In this document: in pieces, positions 38,874 through 49,900 of the stretch
How positions within the stretch are numbered: the first letter of the stretch is position 1
How the letters are laid out: every line of letters begins with the position of its first letter
DNA from: Trichosphaerium sp. ATCC 40318
Taxonomy: Eukaryota > Protista > Tubulinea
Assembly (NCBI GenBank): GCA_038496445.1
Contig: JALMLS010000328.1
Coordinates: 1 to 64,000 of the forward strand
Direction: 5' to 3'
DNA length: 64,000 nt
Translations under genes and position numbers: made by a program
Notes under the pieces: model-generated
What the model was told of the DNA's origin: nothing
Database searches by the model: none
The model's input: only the letters and a program-made list of their open reading frames with translations

Positions 38874-39232
38874 AGAAGATGGAAGAAAGAAAAATTGTAA
38901 CATAAACATAGTATTTTTTTGAGCTTGTGTAGTTGTTGTTGATACCGCGACTACCACCTTGTGGTGTATTTCGGTGTTGTTTAGGTTCATGCTTTGAAAA
39001 TACTGATTTTATAAGCGAAATAAAACGTAACGTCATTCTGTAGGATTGGAATGTTCTCGCGTACTTTTTTGTTCTCAGGCCATTGTTTCTTCGTTTTTCG
39101 TTGCATTAATCACTTTTTAATACTCCAATAGTAACATATAATGCATATTGAAGTTCTAGATATGTATTTCTAGGCCGAAATAAAACGAAACTTTTTTTGG
39201 AATTTTGTTGTTATTTTAAATTTGGCATTACT

Positions 39233-39915
39233 TTACATGGTGGCGACGCCAAGACCGAGCTTCTTCTCCATAATTTGGTGTAGCTCTTGCTCTGGGTAAT
39301 CTGGCGTTTCGTGGCGATCTACAACAAAGTCGTTTAGTTTCACTTTGGTATTGTTTTACATGAAAACAGTTGAATACGCGCTAAAGCGCTACGTGTACGA
39401 CTGCGAAGCTGAAAATAGCAGTTTACAATAAAAAAAATTGCTTCAAACCAATAACGTTGAAACAGCGCTTGGATAGCAACAACAACATTGGTTACGCGCG
39501 TATGCTATATTTGAGTAGTCAAAAGATGGTACGTACGGATATATTCGCCTGGTTGTAATTCGAGATCTTTACCAGTAAGAGTGTCTAATGCTATGTTTTC
39601 TGACTTCAAAATAGGCAAACGTTGGAAGCTTGAGGCAATTTGTCGTTCCATAGCCAAGCGTGATACCATATGGTCACCAAATGTATGGCGAAGCATCACA
39701 TTATTGGTTGCAAAGTGATCACGAATAGGCTTGATGTGCTGTTAATTTTTTGTTGGTTTGTATTTATTTGTACCTGATTTAGACCTAAAATAACTGGGTG
39801 GTCTACTAGACCAGGATTATTAAATTCTGCGGCCAAAGGACCTCCAAACGATTTAACTTCTGCGCGTTGCTGTACAGGGGTTAATTATTGATAATTAGAG
39901 CTGTTGCGGTACCAT
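39233..39915 (-). CDS. UMP1: Proteasome maturation factor UMP1/POMP; multi-exon
   Basis: DHPV, MLRHTFGDHMVSRLAMERQI, QRLPILKSENIALDTLTGKD, LHQIMEKKLGL. Confidence 0.9.
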
Positions 39916-40057
39916 TCTGTCTCTGACAAATAATTACAGAGTTAGCCACAAAACTGAACGATTTTTGCTCAGTTTACTATCGTTGATTTGTGGCTCGCTG
40001 TTTTAGCTTGTGTAATGCGCAGAAGAATGTAGTACAGCGTTTGTGTGGTACCTGAGT

Positions 40058-43000
40058 ATGCTACCACAACAAAATGGTAACAACGAACACAATCAATTCG
40101 TTTCTCTTCCAACTGATACCGAGATGCCTGATTCACAAGACAATGGCGAATACCTACCCTATGATAGCGAGCAGGCGGAATTTGACGATTTAACGTTCGA
40201 AACGTCTTCACACCGACTGCCAAGTGCGGAATTGTTCAGCCAATCGCCTGTAACTTACACCAGCAATGGCTACGAAGCAAGTCGTAGACAGCGACAGTTT
40301 TTTTTTTAATTAACGAAGCTTAAGGCGCCACAACCAGTGGAGCAGCATCACGAACTTGATCCTGCAATAGCAAGGTTAGCTCAGATGACACTTTTTACCA
40401 ACAGGGCTAACAATGTGAAAAAGCGGTCTTCCACGCGTGCTGAACGACGTATACGCAAAACGTGGCGTTAAAACACTATATCAGTGGCAATCTATTTGCC
40501 TACAGTCAGAGGTTCGAATTTACACCAACGGCTACGCTTTGATAGTATTCCACTCGTTAATTGTTGTTTTCAAAAAACCAGACTTGTTACTCCTTCTAAA
40601 ACGGTTTTCAGGCGTTTAAGAACAGAAAAAACCTGTTATTTTCGTTACCTACAAGCGGTGGAAAGACTCTAATAGCAGAGGTGGCCTTGATGCGGTAAAA
40701 TAAGCATTTTTTTTCTTTTCGAAAATCCTTACTTTTTTGTTGTAACCTTAGAACGATCACTTTGATGCAACGTAAAGCTTTGTTCGTCCTTCCATGTACG
40801 TATGGGTTTCCAAAAATATTATACATGACTATCACGTGATCTACGCGGATTGCAAGTTGTTGGGAAGTAATCCGAGATGTAGATAGATCAATAGTTGTTG
40901 AGAAAATGATTTCACTTCAAGAGTTTGGTAGACGCCTTAATTTTGGTGTTATAGGGTACTATCTCACTAGTGAAATATAGTTAGTGTTGTGATGAGATAA
41001 TAATACAAAAAAGGTATCATGGAGCAGAAGGTGTCATTCCACCTTCAAGAAAACCTCAAATTTGTGTTTGTACAATAGAAAAAGCAAATGCGATTGTAAA
41101 TTCCCTCATCGCAGAAGGTAGACTTGACGAGATATCAACAGTTGTTATCGATGAATTTCGTACGCATAAGTGTTAAAATTTTGTCTTTGGTGTCATGCAA
41201 AGAGCCAACTGTTAGTGTTATTTTTTTTGGTTGATTGTTTTTTGTTGTAGATATGATAAGTAACCCTCAAAGAGGGTATTTGATAGAGATCTTGTTGGCA
41301 AAGTTAATGTATATATTACCACAAGATAATATTCAAATAATTGGTATGAGTGCTACATTACCTAACCTTAATGATCTAAGCAGTTGGTTAAATAGTTACA
41401 CATTCGAGGTTACGTATGATATATTTGTCTTTACATTGATTCTGACATTATTTTTTTTACAGCATAATTTTCGACCTGTTCCCTTAACAGAGGTATGTTA
41501 GTGGTATCATTTTAGTTATGGACATCGAAATTATACTTGAGTAAATACAATTAAGAGTTTAAATGCCTCATAACGCATAGACAGCAAGAACTCTACAAAT
41601 TATTTTTCTTTTTTTGCGTATTGCGAACAATTCTTATTCCTCCAACTAACTCAACCTAGTATTACTTTCATAATGGGTACGCATGTTCAAATGTATGATG
41701 TAATATATGAACACGATTGATAGAGTTCTTTATAATAAGGATGATCAAGTAATCACAAAAATAAGTCAACACCACTTGCTTAACTTGTGTCGTCAAGTAA
41801 CTCAGAAAAACTGCTCTGTACTTGTTTTCTGTCCAAGCAAGAAAGGTTGTGAGCGCACTAGCCACCTTCTAGTAAAATCCATGAATGAAATAGATAGAGG
41901 GAATCCTTCTGAGCTTAAACATAAAGCAGCAGAAAAGAAACTAGTAGTTAACAGGTACGTTGCTTTTGTCACGTTTTATATAAACCAATTTGTCACTCTG
42001 CCTGAATGATATGTCTCTGTATCCCCATATATTACTTATATCCAAACACATTTCATATTCGCTCTTTTCGTTCTATAAAGCGCTGCGGCAAGAGTGCGAT
42101 TAATGAATGCCAAGCGCCAACTCTTTTTTTTCTTTACTTGCTTGTTGAATTTTTTTCTATTAGATTACGACATGGAGGTCCAACAGATACTATTTCGTAT
42201 GGAATTGCTTACCACCACGCTGGATTAACAATGGAAGAACGTACAGTAGTTGAAGACGCATTTAGGGAACATGTAATCAACATTATATGTTGTACTTCTA
42301 CACTTGCTGCTGGTGTAAACTTACCGGCTGCACGTGTTATTATAAAAGATATCAAGATGGGGTACAGGGTAAGTTAAATTATTGTATTTTATATAAATCC
42401 TTCAAACCACGTGAACTTCAACTGTCTGCTGTTCGTGAACGGCCAGCGTGATAAGAAAAAAATAGGAATGTTTGATAGTTTTTCATTAACACTACACTGT
42501 TGAAACAACCTCTAAGATTTCTCATTTTAGGTTTTGTCACCTCAATCTTATCAACAAATGGCTGGACGTGCTGGGCGCGCTGGTATTGATAAATATGGTG
42601 AGTCAGTGTTGATGCTAGATGATAAGAATCTAAAACAAGGAAAACAACTTATAAACTCTGAAATTGAGCCTTGCAAGAGCGCATTACTTTCTACAGAGTA
42701 AGCTTACTTACACTTAATTACTATGGTAAATAGCTTATGGCCTTACCCAGGGATGATATGGGTATACAGAGATGCATACTAGGAGCAATTTCTGGCTTAT
42801 ATGCAACGTCTAGAAGTCATCTTCTGAGTTTCCTTGAGCACACTTACTGCGGACACCTTTCTTTTGAAAATCCAAGGTACTACTCCTTTCAACAAGGAGT
42901 TTCACTGACGTAGTTTTCTAGTCAAGGCAATAGTATATCATTGGCTCTTGACCGTACACTTGATCATTTGGTAACAGAGCAATTTCTAACATCAGCGCCA

Positions 43001-44714
43001 AGCGAAGATGGCAGTGATGTTTTGTATGAAGCCACAACATTAGGCTTGGCAACCTTTCATTCGAATTTCTCGTCAAAGGAAGCTAAAGCTATTGCTATCG
43101 AGCTCCATAATTCCATGTTATACGGAGTAATTTTGAAACCGGAACTACACATGTGGTACAAAATACAGTTGTTCTACTTTTCTGAGAAGACATTTTATGA
43201 AAAAGACGTTATGAATTTGAGTGCCTCTGTGGCCTGTCTTTTTCTTATATTTGTTGTTATGAGAAAACACTATTTCTTATTCAATCTTATTCTTGTTGAG
43301 TCGACATTTTGGCTTAGCTTGAAAGCGCTAGTAGCAATGACTTTTACCATAATATTGAACAAGCACGTTTTTTTCTGACCTTATTTTGAAGCTACCTGGT
43401 AACGCCAATATTGAACCTTAGACCACCGGATTATTCTCACTTCCATGCAATGCTAGAGACACTATCTATACAAGTAAGTAGCACTTTACCACCAAACAAA
43501 AAAAGTCGGACATAGTTCGTCCTGTTTGGCTGAAGGGCCTTAAGTCATGCGTTGCTCATGCGTAAGGTGTCAGTCAAGTATTTTTTGTTGTTAGCCTACA
43601 TGACTAACTCGTTGAATATTTAGAAGCAAAACATTTGCTTGAAGATTGGATTAACACCTACTTTTGTTTTGAAGAAACACTTGCAACAGGGTGTACCAAG
43701 AGCTACTGCAGAAGTGCAAGGGCGTAGAGCGACAAGGTTTTATCATGCCTTAATGCTTGATGATCTAATTAATGAAGTACCAGTTGCTCGTGTAGCGCAA
43801 AAGTATAAAACGAGGTAAGCACTTGGAAACCTTAACATCATTTTTTTCATAATTTTTCTTTGCCTTACTTCTTTGTATAACTCTTTGGTAATCTTCTTTA
43901 AATACAATAACATTATGAAAATGCGTGTGTTAGTGCTATATCTAACTTTTATTTTTTGGTGAAATAGTCGTGGAAGTGTTGAAGACCTTATGACATCTGC
44001 TGCTTCTTTTGCGAATATGATGGTTCACTTTTGTAAAGTGATGGAATATTGGAGTCTTGAGGCTATACTAAAATCATATGTTGTATGTTAACATCTTAAA
44101 AATATAGCACTTATACATATCTAATAATAATATTAAACAGAAGCGAATCGGATTTGGCGTAAAGAGCGAGATCATTCCTTTGACAGAAATTCCTGGTACC
44201 ACCTTGTTTGAAAACTTCAAAAAATTCACTTCTACTTTCTATCACCTTGGCTGTGTTTTTTGACTTTACTAGGTGTTGGAAGTTATAGAGCGAGGCTACT
44301 ATTCAACGCAGGTAATCTTTTCTGGAAGATATTTCTATCACTGCAAGAGCCCTTTTGTTTTTAGTTTTGTTTTCTGTATTGGTTATGTTTTATTTATGCT
44401 TTCCTTTAAGGCTTTCAAACACTTCGTGCTTTGGCTACAGCAAAAGCTGAAGATATTGAATTTCTAGTACCAACAATAAAACCACTGTACGTTCAAAAAT
44501 TTACTTAAACTTAGTGATAGTTATCACGTGTTTTCAAATCAACCTTTTCTCGTACTTTGGTTCAAAAAAGCCATGTAGCTCTTCATTGCACATAATACAG
44601 AATACTAAATAACATGATATTAGCATAGCAAGGCGAATAATAATGAGCGCAAAATTCCTTCTTGAGGAGAAGGCAAAAGCTCTGAGAGAAGAGGCAGATG
44701 CTTTGCTAATGTAA
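40058..44714 (+). CDS. HELQ: HELQ/Hel308 (POLQ-helicase-like) SF2 DNA helicase; multi-exon, apparent 1-nt frameshift in an A-run near 40420
   Basis: [93 protein letters not shown]. No polymerase domain follows. Confidence 0.93.
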
Positions 44715-45128
44715 ATAAAAGACTATTGTATGAAAAGACTTACAACTGTTGTAATACTGTTTTTCGGGAGAGCCTGTACATACGAATCCAACGAACCCTT
44801 GGACAAACCTGCAAAAAATGGTAGTTTGGAGCTACTCATATGCCTGAACAAAAAGTAACATCGGCAAAACCGTTTTCGTAGACAGGAACGGATAAATTGG
44901 TTATCTCATTTTTTTCTTTATTTACACGAGCTATTATAATAGTTCTGCAAATAGCTCCACAAAAAGACTCTTAAACTGTGGTTCCCTTGTCATTTTGTCA
45001 CTTATTTTTGTGTTGCCAATGCTTGCCTCAACAGCGTGTTGAAGAGCAGCGTATACAACTACAAACTAGCTTTTTTTACTCCACACTAAAAGAACAAGTC
45101 TGCATGTTTTGTTAACTATGCGCCTAAG

Positions 45129-45716
45129 TCAGTAGGCTAAATCGTGATACTCAGCGTTTGCAAGAGCCCATTTCTTCATTCTGGTGATGACAATCTTTTT
45201 AGCAGACCTTGTAGGACACATAGTTGTCATTCCTAAGTTCCACCATATTTCGCGTAATTTGGGATGTGTGAGTATAGATAGTCGTTCTTCGCTCTGTGAG
45301 AGTACTCTAGTAATATGTACTTTCTGTGCAGCGGATAAAGACGCTTGTACGTAGCGTGGTAGTTTTTTTGGTTTTTTAGCTTTCTTTGCTGGTTTATCCG
45401 CGTTGTCGTCTGTTGCTTTGCGTTTTTTTGAGGTTTTAGTCGCTTTTGACGTTGTTTTTTCGCCTTTCTTTTCTTTGGCTTTTTGTTTCTTCTCCTTCTC
45501 TTTTGCTGCCATTGCGCGCTCTATGCGAGCAACCAGTACCTTCTTTGATGTTCGTGGTCCAGCAAACTTGCCTGTCAAATCATAAAGTATGTCTTGTAGC
45601 TCATCATTTTTATGATAGTAAAGGTCTGAAGGTAATTCGCCGCCATTTTCTTCTCTTATCTTGTCTAAGCTACGTTTTTGCTGCGTGCTCATTGTTGCAT
45701 ACTTTACAAAACTCAT
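45129..45716 (-). CDS. Intronless Lys-rich protein with two SAP/HeH-like motifs; probable DNA-binding nuclear protein
   Basis: KNDELQDILYDLTGKFAGPRTSKKVLVARI and THPKLREIWWNLGMTTMCPTRSAKKIVITRM flank a histone-H1-like Lys-rich linker with NLS-like KKRK and PAKKAKK. Confidence 0.7.
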   Translation of the reverse strand: MSFVKYATMSTQQKRSLDKIREENGGELPSDLYYHKNDELQDILYDLTGKFAGPRTSKKVLVARIERAMAAKEKEKKQKAKEKKGEKTTSKATKTSKKRKATDDNADKPAKKAKKPKKLPRYVQASLSAAQKVHITRVLSQSEERLSILTHPKLREIWWNLGMTTMCPTRSAKKIVITRMKKWALANAEYHDLAY

Positions 45717-46663
45717 TGTCGGTGTAGTATAGATGTTTGTAGATGTGTCGTCTAACTTAGCGCGAAAATTCAATAATTTCGCGCCAAAAAAACTGGAATT
45801 GACCCTGGCTTAACGTTGAACGACACTTTTGATAACAAACACCAGTGATAACTTCAGAACTATCTGTTTATTCCCTTGTTTATCTGACCTAGGTTGATAT
45901 ATGTGCAATACCTGTGTTTGAACACGTGACAACTTCTCGCTCTTACAACAGTACAAACTAATTCCAAAAGGCGTTAACTGGTGTAAGTTAGCGCAATTGA
46001 AGCAGAGCGAAATATCAGTTGCAACAGTTGTTGCTCCCAGTTGAAAACTAGGCCACATTCTTACAAAGGAGTTAGTACCAGAAGTGTGCTTCTTGGCTTC
46101 AACGTCTTTTGCTTCATCGGTTACCCCTTATGTTTTTCTCTGTAGTACTCTATCTTTTAAGCTGTTGTCTTGAGTACAAGCTGTTACATTGTGCTGTTTT
46201 GGCTTAGGGCCTTAACACAATTACATAAGTTTTCGCAGCTGTCATTTCCCAAAGTTACCAAAATGGCGTTCGGTGGCTCCTTTTTCTACTTGGTAATACT
46301 ACTAGGCATAATTCAACAGTGTTATAGTGCTTGCTCTAATACACCCGATTCTATTATTGGCCTGTACAAGTTCAGTAATGTCGATAATTTATCGTTGAAT
46401 TCAATAAACAAATCGAGCCTAATTTCTCGTTTTACAGCGATTCCTACAAGCAAAGAGGTAAATTAATGATTTGTATTATTTGATCCTTATTCCTTCGAAA
46501 TCTCGCAGTTACACGCTCACCGGATAAGGGAGACCAATTTAAAGTGGTTCAGTTTATTTTTATTTTCCGACCAACTACCTACCACGTGTGCTCCGAAAAA
46601 TTCCGTCTCTTGCCAGCTTTGCAGTTGTTACAGTATCTTTAATATAGAACGTTTAGGGATACG

Positions 46664-46754
46664 TGTTAAAGGGTCGGTTAGGGATAAAGATAACAAATCG
46701 TCAAATTGTAAGTCCACGTGATTTATTTATTTAATTAGTTTGACCGCTGTTACA
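46664..46754 (-). repeat. 3' LTR (91 bp)
   Basis: Identical to 52676-52766. In element orientation it reads TGTAACA...TTAACA. Confidence 0.95.
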
Positions 46755-46957
46755 TATCTCCCAGGGACCCCAGATAAGACGCCCTCGTCTTATAAATCAT
46801 CTCCTTTGATCCAGGTACGTTTATAGTCCGTATTTTTGTAATCAAAACCGTTAATAATTTTTATCGCATCGTTTAGCCTTAATAACCATCCTCAATCCTG
46901 TTTTAGCGTCAGTACGTAATTAAATTACAAATCTTCGCTTTTCTTTAAACACGTTTG

Positions 46958-49900
46958 TTACCAGTCGCTTATAGCCAGTAGTTGTTCTTCTTTAAATTCA
47001 TTATCGAAGTTATCCAGCATTTCTCCAACCCATTCTTTCAACTGTAGAAGACCGCATCCTGCCTGGTACGAAATCTCATTTTCTAAATCCTTACTCCTGG
47101 TGCCTGATCTAATAAATCTTGATCCTATTCCCAATAAATCTTTTAGCGCCTCCTTTGATTTGTCCAATCCTAACTTCTCCATTACCTTGTAGGTACTTTG
47201 GATCAGTTCTTTTAGCCTTGACGTTCTCGTGGTTTTATTTCCTCTTTTACTTCTTCGCAGGTTTGTATTATTTTCTTCTTCTCCATCGATTTCCATTCTT
47301 TGTGGTTTGTTACTTTCTTCCCTTATCTTATTAGCTATTGTTCTAGCATCTCGCATAGACTTGGTTCCATCCATCACAGGTCCAGGTATATATTCTCCAC
47401 TTCCATCTTCACTTGATTCTAATTCTGAAAGTCCTCTTTCTGCCGTCTCTGTATAAATATTTCTTAGGTCTACATTAATATCTTCAGTAGGCCTTAGGTA
47501 TGAATCAATGAAAGGTTTCATCCTCTCCACATGAACTACAGGGTTTAATTTGCTTCCTTTAGGTATGTCCAGCCGGTAGTTAACACTTCCAATCCTTTCT
47601 AATATCTCGTAAGGTCCTTTCCATTTCTGAGTCAACTTTTTCTTTTCTCCTTCTCTGACATAAGGTACGTATAACCAAACTTTTTGTCCCAGTTCATAAT
47701 CTATCTCTCTTCTTTTTTCATTATAATATTTAGCTTGTTTCCTTTTCTGTGCCATTATATTCTTCTTAGCTAATTCATGTACAGCTCTTAGTCTATGTGC
47801 AATTGTTTCAGCCCAGTCCGTCATATTATATTTATTTTCTAAAATGTTTTCTTGTCCTACCAGTTCATCTAATGGTAACCTAGGTCTTGTTCCAAATAAT
47901 AGCCTGTAGGGTTCATACTTGGTAGTGGAATGAACAGCTGTACGGTACGCGAAAAGAGAAGGGTTGATCCATACATCCCAGTTATCCTGATCTTCATTTA
48001 CAAAATGTCTTATCATTTCTATTAAGGTATGATTGAATCTCTCTGTCTGTCCATCGGTTTGAGCATGGTATGCTGATGTTTGTCGCTTGTCTATGTGTAG
48101 TAGATCATAGACTTGCTTCATAATTTCTCCAGTAAAGTTAGCTCCCTGATCTGTTAACACTTTCTTAGGAATTCCGTATCTGAAACACCATTGGTCCACA
48201 AATAGTTTGGCAATGGTCAAAGCCTCCTGATCCGGCATAGCAAAAGCTTCTACCCATTTAGTGAAGTTGTCATTTATCACTAAAAGGTAAGTGTTTCCTC
48301 TAGGTGTCCTGTTGAGTGGTCCAACGATATCCATAGTGACTAGTCCAAAAGGTACTCCAACATTAAAATTTTCTCCCATTAATCCTGCTTTTCTTAATCT
48401 CGGTGTTTTAGTTCTTTGGCATGATGGGCATGACTCACACCATTCCTTCGTTTCTGTAAACATTCCTGGCCAGTAAAATCTTTGTTTTATCCTGTGGTAC
48501 GTTTTTTCGAATCCTGAGTGTCCTGCTAAAGGTGCATCATGTCCTTGCCTGAATATTTCTCTTTTCACATTTATATTATTAGGGACATATACTTGGTAAC
48601 TTTCTTGTCCATTCGGTTGTACTGTACGTCTATATAATACTCCATCATCATTCAGTCGAAGTTCTCTTACTCTTGTATAGAATAAAGACTTTTTAAACTT
48701 ATCTGAGTTCTTTATGACCTGATTAATCTTTCCTGACGTTAAATATTCGATGTAAGTTGCTGTGGTTATATCTGCTTTTTGTTCTTTGTTCCAGTCCACA
48801 TATCCTTGGTTCGTTCCTTTAATTTTGTAGTCTTCCTTTCCTATCTTAATCAAATTGACCTGTTTTGTAGCAAATGGTGTCCTTGATAGAGCATCAGGTA
48901 CCACATGAAGCTTTCCTGGTTTGTATACTAGCTCAAAATCGAATTGTTGTATGGTGAGTATGATCCTCGCAATAACTGGTCTCACAGAGTTAATCTTTGT
49001 TAGGTATGTTAGCGGTTTATGATCTGTATATACCGTGAGTTTAAATTTTGAATAGGCCAAATAATTCTTAAAATATTCCAGTGCCAGTTTGATGCCCAGT
49101 AACTCTCTTTCGGTGGTATGATAACTCCTTTGTGTTTCTGAAAAAGCTTTTGAGAAGTATGCAATCGGTTGTTCCTTTCCTGACTCATCCTTTTGACTTA
49201 GCACAGCTCCACAAGCATAGTTAGATGCATCGACATGAAGTTCAAATCTTTCATTAAAGTTTGGATGCTTGAGGACTGGTGGAGTGGTAAATGCTGCCTT
49301 CAATGCCTTGTAAGCTTCTATTTGTGGTTGTTCCCATGTCCATTTAACTCCTTGTCTCCTTAGTTTCTGTAGAGGTTCTGTAATCCGAGCATAGTCCTGT
49401 ATAAACCTTCTATAGTGGTTGGTAACATTTAAAAATCTTTCTAACTCTTCTAATCCGTTAGGCTCTCTCATATTCCTGATTTCTTCGATTGTAGATGTCT
49501 TAGGTAGTACTCCTTGTTCTGATATCCTGTGGCCCAAGAATTGTACGCTGGTATTAAATATATTTGATTTACTTGCCTTTAGTTTTAGTCCTTTTTCTTT
49601 TACCCTGTCCAATACTAATTTTGTGTGTATGAGGTGTTCTGTAAAGCTCCTGGAGAATATAATAACATCATCGACATAACACATACACAGTTTCCAAAGA
49701 AGACCACTCATGGTAAGGTTCATCATCTTTTGAAAGGTGGCCATAGCATTTTTGAGTCCCATCGGCATTCTTACAAATTCAAAGTGTCCATCAATTGTTG
49801 AAAAAGCAGTTTTTTCTATGTCCCTTTCTTCATTCTCCACTTGAAAGTAACTACTTGTAAGGTCATAGGTAGAGAAGAACTTAGCGTATGCAGTAGCATC

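Noticed and set aside
40410-40430. Frameshift in HELQ at GTGAAAAAGC
   Set aside because: One extra A in a homopolymer, and the rest of the gene is intact. Most likely a sequencing error.
42006-42120. TCTCTGTATC (antisense to the U6 ACAGAGA region) and a GCGCT/AGCGC hairpin in a HELQ intron
   Set aside because: No convincing C/D boxes, and no U6 AGC triad on the other strand. A 10-nt match can be chance.
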